64,000 nucleotides of DNA, taken from positions 31,499-95,498 of the forward strand of contig CAYSAU010000004.1 of the NCBI GenBank assembly GCA_964429135.1, written 5' to 3'. Shown here piece by piece: positions 1 to 9,363 of the stretch (position 1 is the stretch's first letter; each line of letters starts with the position of its first letter). A program made the position numbers and the translations under genes. The notes below the pieces were generated by a model. The model was not told the origin of the DNA. It was given only the letters and a program-made list of their open reading frames with translations, and made no database searches. The stretch is from an uncultured Prolixibacteraceae bacterium (GTDB taxonomy: Bacteria > Bacteroidota > Bacteroidia > Bacteroidales > FEN-979).

Positions 1-293
<293 letters not shown>

Positions 294-308
294 CAGTTGA
301 ATTGCTAA

Positions 309-761
309 TTAATTCGTGATATAAAGCATCACCCCGTCATAGATGGCTTGATATTGCTTAAGCGGAAAATGAGAAGGACCGGCATAGGGAGTTCCATCTG
401 TCATGATAAATTTTGAGCCACAAATAGGACAGGTGCAGGTGATACTTGATTCATCCACCCTGATTTGAGCTCCCGTTACCAATGGATCAAAAGGGCAGGC
501 ACGTTCAAAAGCCACAAATTCATTGACAGACATGCGGTAGATCAGGATGCCCTGGTAGCCTCCATAAACAGTTTCCCAGCCTCCGACAGCATTCAGATGA
601 ATATACTCCGTGGAGTTTGGATTGATCTGAAAGTTGACATAAACATAAGGAATCTCAGGAGCCTGTTCTTCTTTTTTACAGGATAAAAAGAAGCATGCTA
701 AGACCGCAATGATATATATTGGCTTCACGGCCGTATTTTTTTTTGCATTTTCATACCACAA
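309..761 (-). CDS. Hypothetical lipoprotein with Rieske-fold-like, Cys-only metal-site pattern
   Basis: 150-aa ORF with a lipoprotein-type signal (IIAVLACFFLSC). The C-terminal half has CPF-x18-CTCPIC, which resembles Rieske spacing (CxH...CxxH) but has no His ligands. Confidence 0.6.
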   Translation of the reverse strand: MWYENAKKNTAVKPIYIIAVLACFFLSCKKEEQAPEIPYVYVNFQINPNSTEYIHLNAVGGWETVYGGYQGILIYRMSVNEFVAFERACPFDPLVTGAQIRVDESSITCTCPICGSKFIMTDGTPYAGPSHFPLKQYQAIYDGVMLYITN

Positions 762-817
762 AGTTCATACATTTAACGATTCATTCATCATAATATTATT
801 TTTTAAATAATTGGATC

Positions 818-1081
818 ATGTATCTATTCAAAAATCTGGCAGCTAAAATATGGGTGATCACCTTAATAACCTTTGTTCCTTTTGCTTATGGTTTTACTCC
901 GCAAAAAGCCAAGACCAATCAAAAACAAATTGAGCGGGAAAGGGAAAAGAAAAAAAAACAGGAACAAAAAAAGTATGATGCTGGGATTAAAAGACATCAA
1001 CGGATGCAATCCAAAGAAACAAGGGAACGGATGAAACAAACCAAAAAGGAATCGAAAAAAGCAACTCCTATACGACCCTGA
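818..1081 (+). CDS. Small hypothetical protein: one N-terminal hydrophobic helix and a Lys/Arg/Glu-rich tail
   Basis: 87-aa ORF and the only ORF in an otherwise non-coding gap. It has an N-terminal TM-like segment (IWVITLITFVPFAYGF) followed by a highly charged tail. It could be a chance product of A-rich DNA. Confidence 0.35.
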   Translation: MYLFKNLAAKIWVITLITFVPFAYGFTPQKAKTNQKQIEREREKKKKQEQKKYDAGIKRHQRMQSKETRERMKQTKKESKKATPIRP

Positions 1082-1169
1082 GACCGAGATTTTACCCGAA
1101 ATTTTAATAAAATGAACGATCGCATTTGCTTAGTCATATAATAGTGTGAATCATAATTTAGAATGGTTA

Positions 1170-1177
1170 TATATTTG
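1170..1177 (+). promoter_or_regulatory. Candidate Bacteroidota -7 promoter box (TATATTTG)
   Basis: Matches the TAnnTTTG consensus and lies in a 190-nt AT-rich gap about 97 nt upstream of the ATG at 1274. The -33 element is not convincing. Confidence 0.35.
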
Positions 1178-1273
1178 TACAGTGATTTAAAAATTTTTGA
1201 ATTTAGTTTTAAATAATTATTACTTTTACGACCTTTTTACTGCGCAATTTAATCTAACATAAAATTATATGGT

Positions 1274-4200
1274 ATGTTAAGACATTTACTGTTAACTATT
1301 GGATTAGTACTAGCAGCAAACGTGTTAGTATTCTCACAAACCGGGTCTGGAACCCTTAAAGGGAAAATTACAGATAAAATAACGAAGGAACCCATCGCTT
1401 TTGCAAATATTGTCGCTGAAGTGGGTGGTGTTCAGGTAGGTGGAGCTACTACTGATTTTGACGGCAATTTTCAGATTAAACCGGTTCCTCCCGGAAAAAT
1501 AGATTTAAAGGCAAGTTATGTTGGTTATAAACCATACATGGTCAAAGGAATTGTGGTAACTCCGGATAAAATCACATTCCAGAATGTCGAACTGGAAATG
1601 TCAACCACTAACCTGACCGAAATTGAAGTTGTTGATTATAAGGTGCCTCTTATTTCCAAAGACCAGACTACTTCTGGGGGTACTGTTACTTCTGATGAAA
1701 TTTCCAAAATGGCCAATAAATCAGCTTCTGCCGTTGCCACGACAGTAGGGGGTGTGACGACTGATGCCAATGGGAATATCACGAGTATGCGTGGTCAGCG
1801 TTCTACAGGTACGGTTTATTACATTGACGGGATGCGCGTGGTTGGAGGAAATGCATTGCCCCAGTCAGCCATCGAACAGGTTGAAGTGATCCTTGGGGGA
1901 ACTCCTGCTGCTTATGGAGATGCCACGGGTGGTATCATCAGTGTTACAACCAAAGGCCCTTCAAGGGAATTTTCAGGAGGGATTGACTTACAGACTTCCC
2001 AATACCTCGATGCTTTTGGCTATAACCGCCTGGGATTGAATTTCACGGGACCCCTCATTTCCAAGAAAGACACGCTTCGTGGCACCAAGACTCCCATCAT
2101 GGGCTTCTTTATCGCTGGTGATCTTATTTATCAGAAAGATGGCGCTCCAGCTGCATTTCCCCTTTATAAGGTTAAAGATGAGAAACTTGATTTCCTGAAA
2201 ACCAATCCCTTACGTCAGTATGGTCAAAGCCAGGCCGTTTTCTATAATGCCGAGTTTCTTACGTATAATGATATGGAAAAAACCAAACACACCCTGAATA
2301 GTGATGGTTATAATATCAATGTTTCCGGTAAACTTGATTTCCGTATCTCTCCTACCATTAATGTCTCTTTGGGCGGTACTTTCCAATGGTATGACCAGAA
2401 TAACTTCTCTTTTGGAAATTCTCTGCTTAACTGGAATTACAACTCGCATTCAAGTGGTTATACCTGGCGTGTAAACGGACGCTTCACCCAGCGCTTCCCC
2501 ACGGCTGCCGATAATAAATCCTTTGTTAAAAATATTTATTATTCCATCGGGGCCGACTTCACCCGCAGCGTGGCCAAAACAGAAGATCCTTGGCATAAAG
2601 ACAATCTGTTCCAATATTCCTATGTGGGCAGTTTTGCTACCCATACCATCAGGGCCTATACTCCTGAAATGTCTTATGATTCAGTGGCCAAAAAGTGGGC
2701 TCATCTGCAAAACGGAACCCGCGATACCATCGTTCTTTTCAATCCTTCCAATGTTAATCCGGAATCTTCAAATCTGACTTCTCAGTATTACAGTTTCTTC
2801 GATGATCCCACCGGACATTATGAAAACATCAGCCAGATCATCGCCGGTAAGGGACTTGTGAACGGTATGGAACCAGATGCCCCCTATAGCATGTGGACTA
2901 ATATCGGAAACCGTTCCAACGGTTATGCTAAAAGCACAAGTGATCAGATTGCAGTGAATGCATCCTTTGCTGCCGATTTTGGCCATCATGAAATCCAATT
3001 GGGGTTGCAGTATCAGCAACGTAAATCATCTGCCTATAATTTCGGAGGTGCCTCATTATTGTGGGAAACGATGAGAGGGCTCACCAATGCACAACTTCAG
3101 GATTTAGATCTTGCAAATCCCCAGGAAGTATACAGGGATGGTGTATTTATGGATACCATCAATTATTTCCGTAAATACGTTCCCTTGTTACAACGTAATT
3201 TCGATATCAACCTGCGTAAAAAGCTGGGTTTACCTGTTGACGGTACCGACTGGATTGACCTGTTTTCCTATGATTTTGGAAAGAATACGATCAATTATTA
3301 TGACAAATATATGCAATTGCATACCATTTCAATTGATCAGCAGATTTTTTCTGTAGATATGTTTAGCGCTGATGAATTATTGAATAATGGGGCCCCCCTT
3401 GTCGGCTATGCCGGATATGATTATATGGGAAATAAGATAAAAGGGCGTCCGAGCTTTGACGATTTCTTCACTGCCCGTGATGCTGCTGGGAATCTGACCC
3501 GACCCATTGGCGCTTATGAACCCATTTATATGGCGGGATATATCCAGGATAAATTCGCATTTAAAGACCTGATTTTCAATATTGGTTTACGTGTCGACCG
3601 CTTTGATGCCAACCAGATGGTATTGAAAGATCCTTATCTGTTCTATCCAGCATATACAGCCAGTGAAGTTAAAATTTTAAACGGCCAGAATGTTTATCAT
3701 CCTTCTGGCATCGGGAGTGATTATGTGGTTTATGTTGATGATGCGAACAATCCAACCTCCATCACAGGTTACCGTAGTAATAATAACTGGTACAATAAAG
3801 AAGGCAGCCCGGTTACCGACCCTAGAATCATTGACCCCAAAGGCGTGAAACCCTATCTCATTCCCGGATACAATAGTATTTCCCCTATCGTATTCAAGGA
3901 TTATGAGCCACAAACCAACTTTATGCCTCGTATTTCTTTCTCCTTCCCTATTTCGGATGATGCTTTGTTTTATGCCCATTATGACATTCTGACCCAGCGC
4001 CCTTCCTCAGCGGAAATTCAAATTTCCCCGGTTGCTTATTATTTTATTGGGGTGACAGGAAGTTCAGGTACGCTCAATAACCCAAACCTGAAACCTGAAA
4101 AAACCATTGATTATGAGTTGGGATTTCAACAGAAAATTAACAACGCATCCTCTCTGAAATTATCCGTTTTCTATCGTGAAATGCGTGACCAGATTCAGCA

Positions 4201-4981
4201 ATATCGATTATCCGGTGCTTATCCCAAAACGTATTATTCTTATACGAACATTGACTTTGGCACTGTCAAAGGCTTAACCCTGACCTATGATCTAAGAAGG
4301 ACAAGCAATGCCCGGGTTCGTTTTAACTATACCCTTCAGTTCGCCGATGGAACCGGTTCAGATCCCAATGCAGCCTCCACTATCGTCCGCTCTGACCAAC
4401 CTAACCTCCGTACCTTGAATCCATTGAATTTTGACCGTCGTCACCAGTTCAATATCAGCATTGACTACCGTTGGGGCAGTGGAAAAGATTATAACGGACC
4501 AGTTATCAACCGTAAAAAAAGCGGAAAATCTCCCGTACAGTTTCTCTCTAATTTTGGAGCAAACCTGACCATAACGGGTGGATCCGGAACGCCTTATACG
4601 AAATCAAGCAAGATCATGCCTTATGGTCAGATGGGACCCATCAAAGGCTCTGTGAACGGTGCCCGCTTACCTTGGCAGTTCCTGATCAATGGACGTCTTG
4701 ATAAAGACTTCAACTTTGCCCTGAATAAAAGAAATATGGGAACCATTAATGTTTATCTTGAAGTCAACAATATCCTGAATACCAAAAATGTTACATACCT
4801 ATATCCAGCCACCGGTGATCCGAGTGATGACGGATATCTTTCCGCACCTGAATACCAGAATGCCATTAGCCAACAGGTTGACCCCCAGGCATACCGGGAT
4901 TTATATTCTATTCAGATGAATAGTCCTTACAATTTCAGTTCGCCGCGTACAATTCGTCTGGGTGTTATGTTTAATTTCTAA
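1274..4981 (+). CDS. Oversized TonB-dependent-receptor-like outer membrane protein (CarboxypepD_reg-like domain + plug + beta-barrel)
   Basis: 1235 aa with a signal peptide. The N-terminal segment GTLKGKITDKITKEPIAFANIV...TDFDGNFQIKPVPPGKIDLKASYVGYKP is CarboxypepD_reg-like. A plug-like region follows (SMRGQRSTGTVYYIDGMRV...GDATGGIISVTTK). The rest is a long barrel ending in the aromatic terminus RLGVMFNF. Confidence 0.85.
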   Translation: MLRHLLLTIGLVLAANVLVFSQTGSGTLKGKITDKITKEPIAFANIVAEVGGVQVGGATTDFDGNFQIKPVPPGKIDLKASYVGYKPYMVKGIVVTPDKITFQNVELEMSTTNLTEIEVVDYKVPLISKDQTTSGGTVTSDEISKMANKSASAVATTVGGVTTDANGNITSMRGQRSTGTVYYIDGMRVVGGNALPQSAIEQVEVILGGTPAAYGDATGGIISVTTKGPSREFSGGIDLQTSQYLDAFGYNRLGLNFTGPLISKKDTLRGTKTPIMGFFIAGDLIYQKDGAPAAFPLYKVKDEKLDFLKTNPLRQYGQSQAVFYNAEFLTYNDMEKTKHTLNSDGYNINVSGKLDFRISPTINVSLGGTFQWYDQNNFSFGNSLLNWNYNSHSSGYTWRVNGRFTQRFPTAADNKSFVKNIYYSIGADFTRSVAKTEDPWHKDNLFQYSYVGSFATHTIRAYTPEMSYDSVAKKWAHLQNGTRDTIVLFNPSNVNPESSNLTSQYYSFFDDPTGHYENISQIIAGKGLVNGMEPDAPYSMWTNIGNRSNGYAKSTSDQIAVNASFAADFGHHEIQLGLQYQQRKSSAYNFGGASLLWETMRGLTNAQLQDLDLANPQEVYRDGVFMDTINYFRKYVPLLQRNFDINLRKKLGLPVDGTDWIDLFSYDFGKNTINYYDKYMQLHTISIDQQIFSVDMFSADELLNNGAPLVGYAGYDYMGNKIKGRPSFDDFFTARDAAGNLTRPIGAYEPIYMAGYIQDKFAFKDLIFNIGLRVDRFDANQMVLKDPYLFYPAYTASEVKILNGQNVYHPSGIGSDYVVYVDDANNPTSITGYRSNNNWYNKEGSPVTDPRIIDPKGVKPYLIPGYNSISPIVFKDYEPQTNFMPRISFSFPISDDALFYAHYDILTQRPSSAEIQISPVAYYFIGVTGSSGTLNNPNLKPEKTIDYELGFQQKINNASSLKLSVFYREMRDQIQQYRLSGAYPKTYYSYTNIDFGTVKGLTLTYDLRRTSNARVRFNYTLQFADGTGSDPNAASTIVRSDQPNLRTLNPLNFDRRHQFNISIDYRWGSGKDYNGPVINRKKSGKSPVQFLSNFGANLTITGGSGTPYTKSSKIMPYGQMGPIKGSVNGARLPWQFLINGRLDKDFNFALNKRNMGTINVYLEVNNILNTKNVTYLYPATGDPSDDGYLSAPEYQNAISQQVDPQAYRDLYSIQMNSPYNFSSPRTIRLGVMFNF

Positions 4982-5037
4982 AAGTGAAGGCTATGGTTAA
5001 GAGAAATAATATTGCTATCGTTAAAAACAATGCGACT

Positions 5038-8000
5038 ATGAAAAATATACTTCGCTATTTTGTGACGGCACTCTGCTGTATGTTGATCATTAATTCCGTT
5101 TTTGCAGAGGAATTTCACAAGCTTAGTGGTACCAAAAGCACAGGAACCATTAAACAAACGGCGGCCGGATGCGAATCAGGGTCCAACTATAAATACCTTG
5201 ACATTAACAATGTCAGAACCCTGATGTACTCTTATGGGAATGGATGGTTCTTGGAAAATGCCGAGTATGAAATTCCAAAGGGATCACGTAAAATGTCGAT
5301 GTTCTCTTTCTCCTTATGGGTTGGTGGAATCGATATCAATAATAACCTTAAACTTGCGGCATACCGTTATGGTCAGGGACCAACAACCGCCTCGGCACAC
5401 ACTAAAAATGATTTCTGGCCCGGGCCTTTGACCGTAGATGGCACCGCAGCCGTTGATGCTGAAACCTGCTCCAAATTCGACAAGCTTTTCCCAATAACCC
5501 GTGCGGAAGTTCAGGAATTTATTGCCTATAATGAAAACAAGTCGGAGTTTCCCAGCTATCAGATTCCTCAATCCATCTTGGAATGGCCAGCACATGGAAA
5601 TACTTCCAAAGGACAGGCCCGTTACCTTGCTCCCTTTATGGATGTTGACCATGATGGTTTCTATGATCCCCAAAAAGGGGACTACCCTTATTATGATTTG
5701 TCTAATAAGCTATGCCCGATGAATCGTAAACCCGGTGATACTGCCTGGGCCAAAGTCAGGAACGGTGAACCCGATGACACCCTTGGAATCCTTGTGGACC
5801 AGGTGCTGAAGGGTGACCAGACCCTCTGGAGTGTATATAATGACAAAGGAAATTTCCACTCTGAAACCCAAGGAGAGCCGATCGGAATGGAAATACGTGC
5901 CCAATACTTCGCGTTTGCGACCAATGACGAAATCAATAACATGACATTTTATTCTTATGAATTGGTAAACCGTTCAACTTATACACTGACTGGCACCTAT
6001 TTCAGTCAATGGGTTGATCCTGATCTGGGTTACGCTCAGGATGACTATGTGGGTTGTGACGTGAAACGTGGATTGGGTTATTGCTATAACGGGAAACCGG
6101 TGGACGGAACCGGACAGGTTGAAGCTTATGGGGCTCACCCGCCAGCCATCGGGGTTGACTTTTTCCAGGGACCTTATATGGATCCCGATAAGAGGGATAA
6201 CCCTAAATTTACCGGAGATTGTTCCATTATTACCAGCGAATATCCTCTGGATCAGATGGCTATTAACGGTGTCAATTTTGGCGATGGTATTGTGGACAAT
6301 GAACGTTTTGGAATGCGCCGCTTTGTTTATCATAACAATAATCTTTCAGGAGTTCCTGCTTATATGCAGGATCCTGATTATGCCCCTCAGTATTATCAAT
6401 TTCTGAGAGGTATTTGGAAAGATGGTTCAAAAATGCAGTATGGTGGCAATGCCCATGTTTCAGCAGGTGGTTATGGCCCCGCTTGCGATTTTATGTTTCC
6501 GAATGATTCTGATCCCTGCGACTGGGGTACGGGAGGACAACCACCCAACGGGCCGAAGATCTGGACTGAAGAAACAGCAAAAAATAATCCTTCCGATCGT
6601 CGTTTTATGCAATCTGCCGGACCTTTTACCTTGCAACCGGGTGCATGTAACTATATTACGGTGGGTATTCCATGGGCACGATCAATTTCAGGAACACCAT
6701 GGGAATCAGTAAAATTATTGCAGATAGTTGATGATAAATGTCAGACCCTATTTGATAATTGCTTTGCCGTCCTTAACGGTCCTAATGCCCCGGATATCGC
6801 GATCGAAGAAATGGATAAACAGTTGATCCTTTATATTTCTAATCGAAAAAGTAATGATGCCGGTAATAATTTTGGAGAAAAATATGTTGAATACGATCCG
6901 AATATTCCTAATCCTGAATCTTTACCTCATAATCAACGCAATGACTCCCTCTACCGTTTTGAAGGATATCAGATCTTTCAGGTGAAAGATGCTACGGTTT
7001 CAGCCGCTGATATTGATGACCCAGGGAAAGCAAGGCTGGTTGCCCAATGTGATATCCAGAATGGTGTGACAAAATTGGTAAACTGGTCCTATGATCAAAA
7101 TCTTGGAGGAAATGTAGGTTCTGTGATGGTGGATGGCTCAGATAAAGGGATTAAACATTCCTTTGTGATTACTGAAGACAAATTCGCCACAGGAGATGTA
7201 CGTCTGATCAACCATAAACAATATTATTATATGGCTGTGGCCTATGCTTACAATAATTATAAAACCTATAATCAAAGCGATCCCTCTGCCCTTGATGGTC
7301 AGAAACTGCCCTATCTGAGAGGCCGCAAAAATGCCAGCGGTAAACCCATACAAACCTATACGGCCATTCCGCATATTCCCCTGGCTGATGTTACTTATGC
7401 GAATTTCGGGGATGGTCCAATTATTACAAGAATTCAGGGACAGGGAAATGGAGGAATGATCATTGAAATGTCGGAGGAAACAATCGCCGAAATTTTATCA
7501 AAACCACCAGCTGACTCTGTAAAACGTACATACGGACATCCTGATTATCCGATCTCTTATAACCCGACTTATCTACAATCACAGGGTCCATTGTCGGTCA
7601 AGGTCGTTGATCCATTGAATGTCGTTAACGGAGAATATATGGTGACTTTTGATTCTATGACCCCAGCTCCGGTAAACGTGACAAGTCCATTCCAGAATTC
7701 GCTGATTAAATTTGGCAAATGGACACTGACAGATAAAAAAAGCGGAAAAGTTTATAGGGCTGATACCTCAACAATTTATCCTTATGAACAACTTCGTTTC
7801 TGGGATCAGCATGAGCAGCTTTGGGTAGATCTTGGATTGGCACTTACCATTAATCAGGTACCTTATCCAGGTGATACAAAAGATACCACCAAGGGAAATG
7901 TATATAGTGAAAACGGATTATTATGGGCTCCGGCAGCCATCTATGAAGACAGCACCAAAGTATGGTTATCAGGAGTCCCAGACTCTGACATTCCTGCTTC

Positions 8001-9345
8001 GGTAATGAATTGGATCCGGTCTGGAACCTATAAACAACTCGATGCTAACCAGAGTAATAAAAACTATGATTGGGATATGGATCAGAATAACCCCTGGGAT
8101 CCGAATAAAAATTACCAGAAAATTCAAAATGGGACCTGGGCTCCTTATTTCATGACTGCGTTTAAGAGGCAAAATTCAATGGCACCTGCAATTAATGACT
8201 ATTCAAAACGGAAAACAGCAACACTTGCTGATATTGCCAGCGTGGATATTGTGATTACTCCGGATAAAACCAAATGGACCCGTTGTGTTGTTGTGGAAAT
8301 GTGTCCCGACACTAACCTCGCACAAGGGAAAGCCAGACAATACTATCTCCGGAATGCCCCCTCGGTGAATGTGGACGGGGAAGCTGGCATCAGCAGTGCA
8401 GACCCGATGTTCAATTCAAATTATATCAGTTCAACCGGAATGGGCTGGTTCCCTGGTTATGCCATTAACCTTGAAACCGGAGAACGTCTGAATATCATGT
8501 TCGCGGAAAACTCATGGCTGGTTGCCGATAATGGACGGGATATGATCTGGAATCCGAGTTCGAGGGTCGTGGATGCTGCCGGGAGTCCGGTATTTGGGGG
8601 TCAGCATTACGTTTATATCATGAATCATATCAATATGGAGGGAGGAAATAATAAATTCTTTTTCCCTGCATACGATGCTGGTGCTTACCTGAGATCTCAC
8701 CTGAAAAAAACACATTCTGATGCTCAGGCTACCATTGACTGGGGTACTTATTGTTATGCAAGCACAATGTATACGGGAATTCCTCTTTCCATTACAGGAA
8801 AAGAATGGCTAAGCAATGCAGTGACCATAAAAATAAGAGTTACGAAACCTTACCAACGGTATTATTCTTTAGCTATACCTGACAGCCTAAAGGATACTGT
8901 GAATCGTAATTATCCTGTTTATTTATTCAACACTTCTTCCATTGCGACAAAGAAGAATAATCAGGAAAAAGCTTCCAATGATCTTAATCTGATTAATGTT
9001 GTGCCGAATCCATACTATGCTTATGATGATTATGAGAGAAATCAGCTGGATAACCGTATCAAGATCGTTAACCTGCCTTCAAAATGTACTGTGACAATCT
9101 TTGATTTGAGCGGAACATTGATCCGGCAGTTTATCGTGGATAAAACAGGTATTGATATGCCAAGATCTTCAACGGCAGGAATAAATACAGATGCTAAAAC
9201 ATCCATCGATTGGGATCTTAAGAATTTTGCCGGAATTCCTATTTCAGGAGGCGTTTACTTGATTCATGTCAAAGCAGACAACCTGGGTGAACGAACGCTC
9301 AAATGGTTTGGAATCTTACGCCCGGTTGACTTGAATTCACTGTAA
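5038..9345 (+). CDS. Very large secreted protein with T9SS C-terminal sorting domain; no recognisable catalytic domain
   Basis: The ORF opens at 4984 (GTG), but the ATG at 5038 gives a canonical signal peptide (MKNILRYFVTALCCMLIINSVFA/EE). The last ~110 aa (VVPNPYYAYDD...CTVTIFDLSGTLIRQF...WDLKNFAGIPISGGVYLIHVKA...) look like a type-A Por secretion tail. A DxDxDG calcium-loop motif (DVDHDG) is present. Confidence 0.85.
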   Translation: MKNILRYFVTALCCMLIINSVFAEEFHKLSGTKSTGTIKQTAAGCESGSNYKYLDINNVRTLMYSYGNGWFLENAEYEIPKGSRKMSMFSFSLWVGGIDINNNLKLAAYRYGQGPTTASAHTKNDFWPGPLTVDGTAAVDAETCSKFDKLFPITRAEVQEFIAYNENKSEFPSYQIPQSILEWPAHGNTSKGQARYLAPFMDVDHDGFYDPQKGDYPYYDLSNKLCPMNRKPGDTAWAKVRNGEPDDTLGILVDQVLKGDQTLWSVYNDKGNFHSETQGEPIGMEIRAQYFAFATNDEINNMTFYSYELVNRSTYTLTGTYFSQWVDPDLGYAQDDYVGCDVKRGLGYCYNGKPVDGTGQVEAYGAHPPAIGVDFFQGPYMDPDKRDNPKFTGDCSIITSEYPLDQMAINGVNFGDGIVDNERFGMRRFVYHNNNLSGVPAYMQDPDYAPQYYQFLRGIWKDGSKMQYGGNAHVSAGGYGPACDFMFPNDSDPCDWGTGGQPPNGPKIWTEETAKNNPSDRRFMQSAGPFTLQPGACNYITVGIPWARSISGTPWESVKLLQIVDDKCQTLFDNCFAVLNGPNAPDIAIEEMDKQLILYISNRKSNDAGNNFGEKYVEYDPNIPNPESLPHNQRNDSLYRFEGYQIFQVKDATVSAADIDDPGKARLVAQCDIQNGVTKLVNWSYDQNLGGNVGSVMVDGSDKGIKHSFVITEDKFATGDVRLINHKQYYYMAVAYAYNNYKTYNQSDPSALDGQKLPYLRGRKNASGKPIQTYTAIPHIPLADVTYANFGDGPIITRIQGQGNGGMIIEMSEETIAEILSKPPADSVKRTYGHPDYPISYNPTYLQSQGPLSVKVVDPLNVVNGEYMVTFDSMTPAPVNVTSPFQNSLIKFGKWTLTDKKSGKVYRADTSTIYPYEQLRFWDQHEQLWVDLGLALTINQVPYPGDTKDTTKGNVYSENGLLWAPAAIYEDSTKVWLSGVPDSDIPASVMNWIRSGTYKQLDANQSNKNYDWDMDQNNPWDPNKNYQKIQNGTWAPYFMTAFKRQNSMAPAINDYSKRKTATLADIASVDIVITPDKTKWTRCVVVEMCPDTNLAQGKARQYYLRNAPSVNVDGEAGISSADPMFNSNYISSTGMGWFPGYAINLETGERLNIMFAENSWLVADNGRDMIWNPSSRVVDAAGSPVFGGQHYVYIMNHINMEGGNNKFFFPAYDAGAYLRSHLKKTHSDAQATIDWGTYCYASTMYTGIPLSITGKEWLSNAVTIKIRVTKPYQRYYSLAIPDSLKDTVNRNYPVYLFNTSSIATKKNNQEKASNDLNLINVVPNPYYAYDDYERNQLDNRIKIVNLPSKCTVTIFDLSGTLIRQFIVDKTGIDMPRSSTAGINTDAKTSIDWDLKNFAGIPISGGVYLIHVKADNLGERTLKWFGILRPVDLNSL

Positions 9346-9363
9346 TGGCCAACATGATAAAAA

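Noticed and set aside
950-958. Homopolymer tracts as phase-variation switches (A9 at 950-958 in the small polybasic ORF; A9/T9-type runs near 25501-25509 and 29505-29513).
   Set aside because: The runs simply encode Lys or Phe stretches in AT-rich genes and are at the short end for slipped-strand switching. No alternative-frame ORF would be rescued.
1082-1273. A possible cobalamin or other riboswitch, or a small RNA, in the 190-nt leader of the TonB-dependent-like gene.
   Set aside because: The region is extremely AT-rich, with no GC-rich helices and no B12-box-like GCCACTG element. It looks like promoter or UP-element DNA. It is also too unstructured to hold a tRNA.
4984-9345. The large CTD protein could be PorU, the T9SS sortase, given the classical porU-porV synteny with the downstream PorV-like gene.
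   Set aside because: I could not find gingipain/C25-like catalytic His and Cys segments (no GHG-type motif or family-typical blocks), and the protein is longer than the PorU forms I recall. The PorU call is unsupported from sequence alone. An HMM search with the peptidase C25 and PorU models would settle it.
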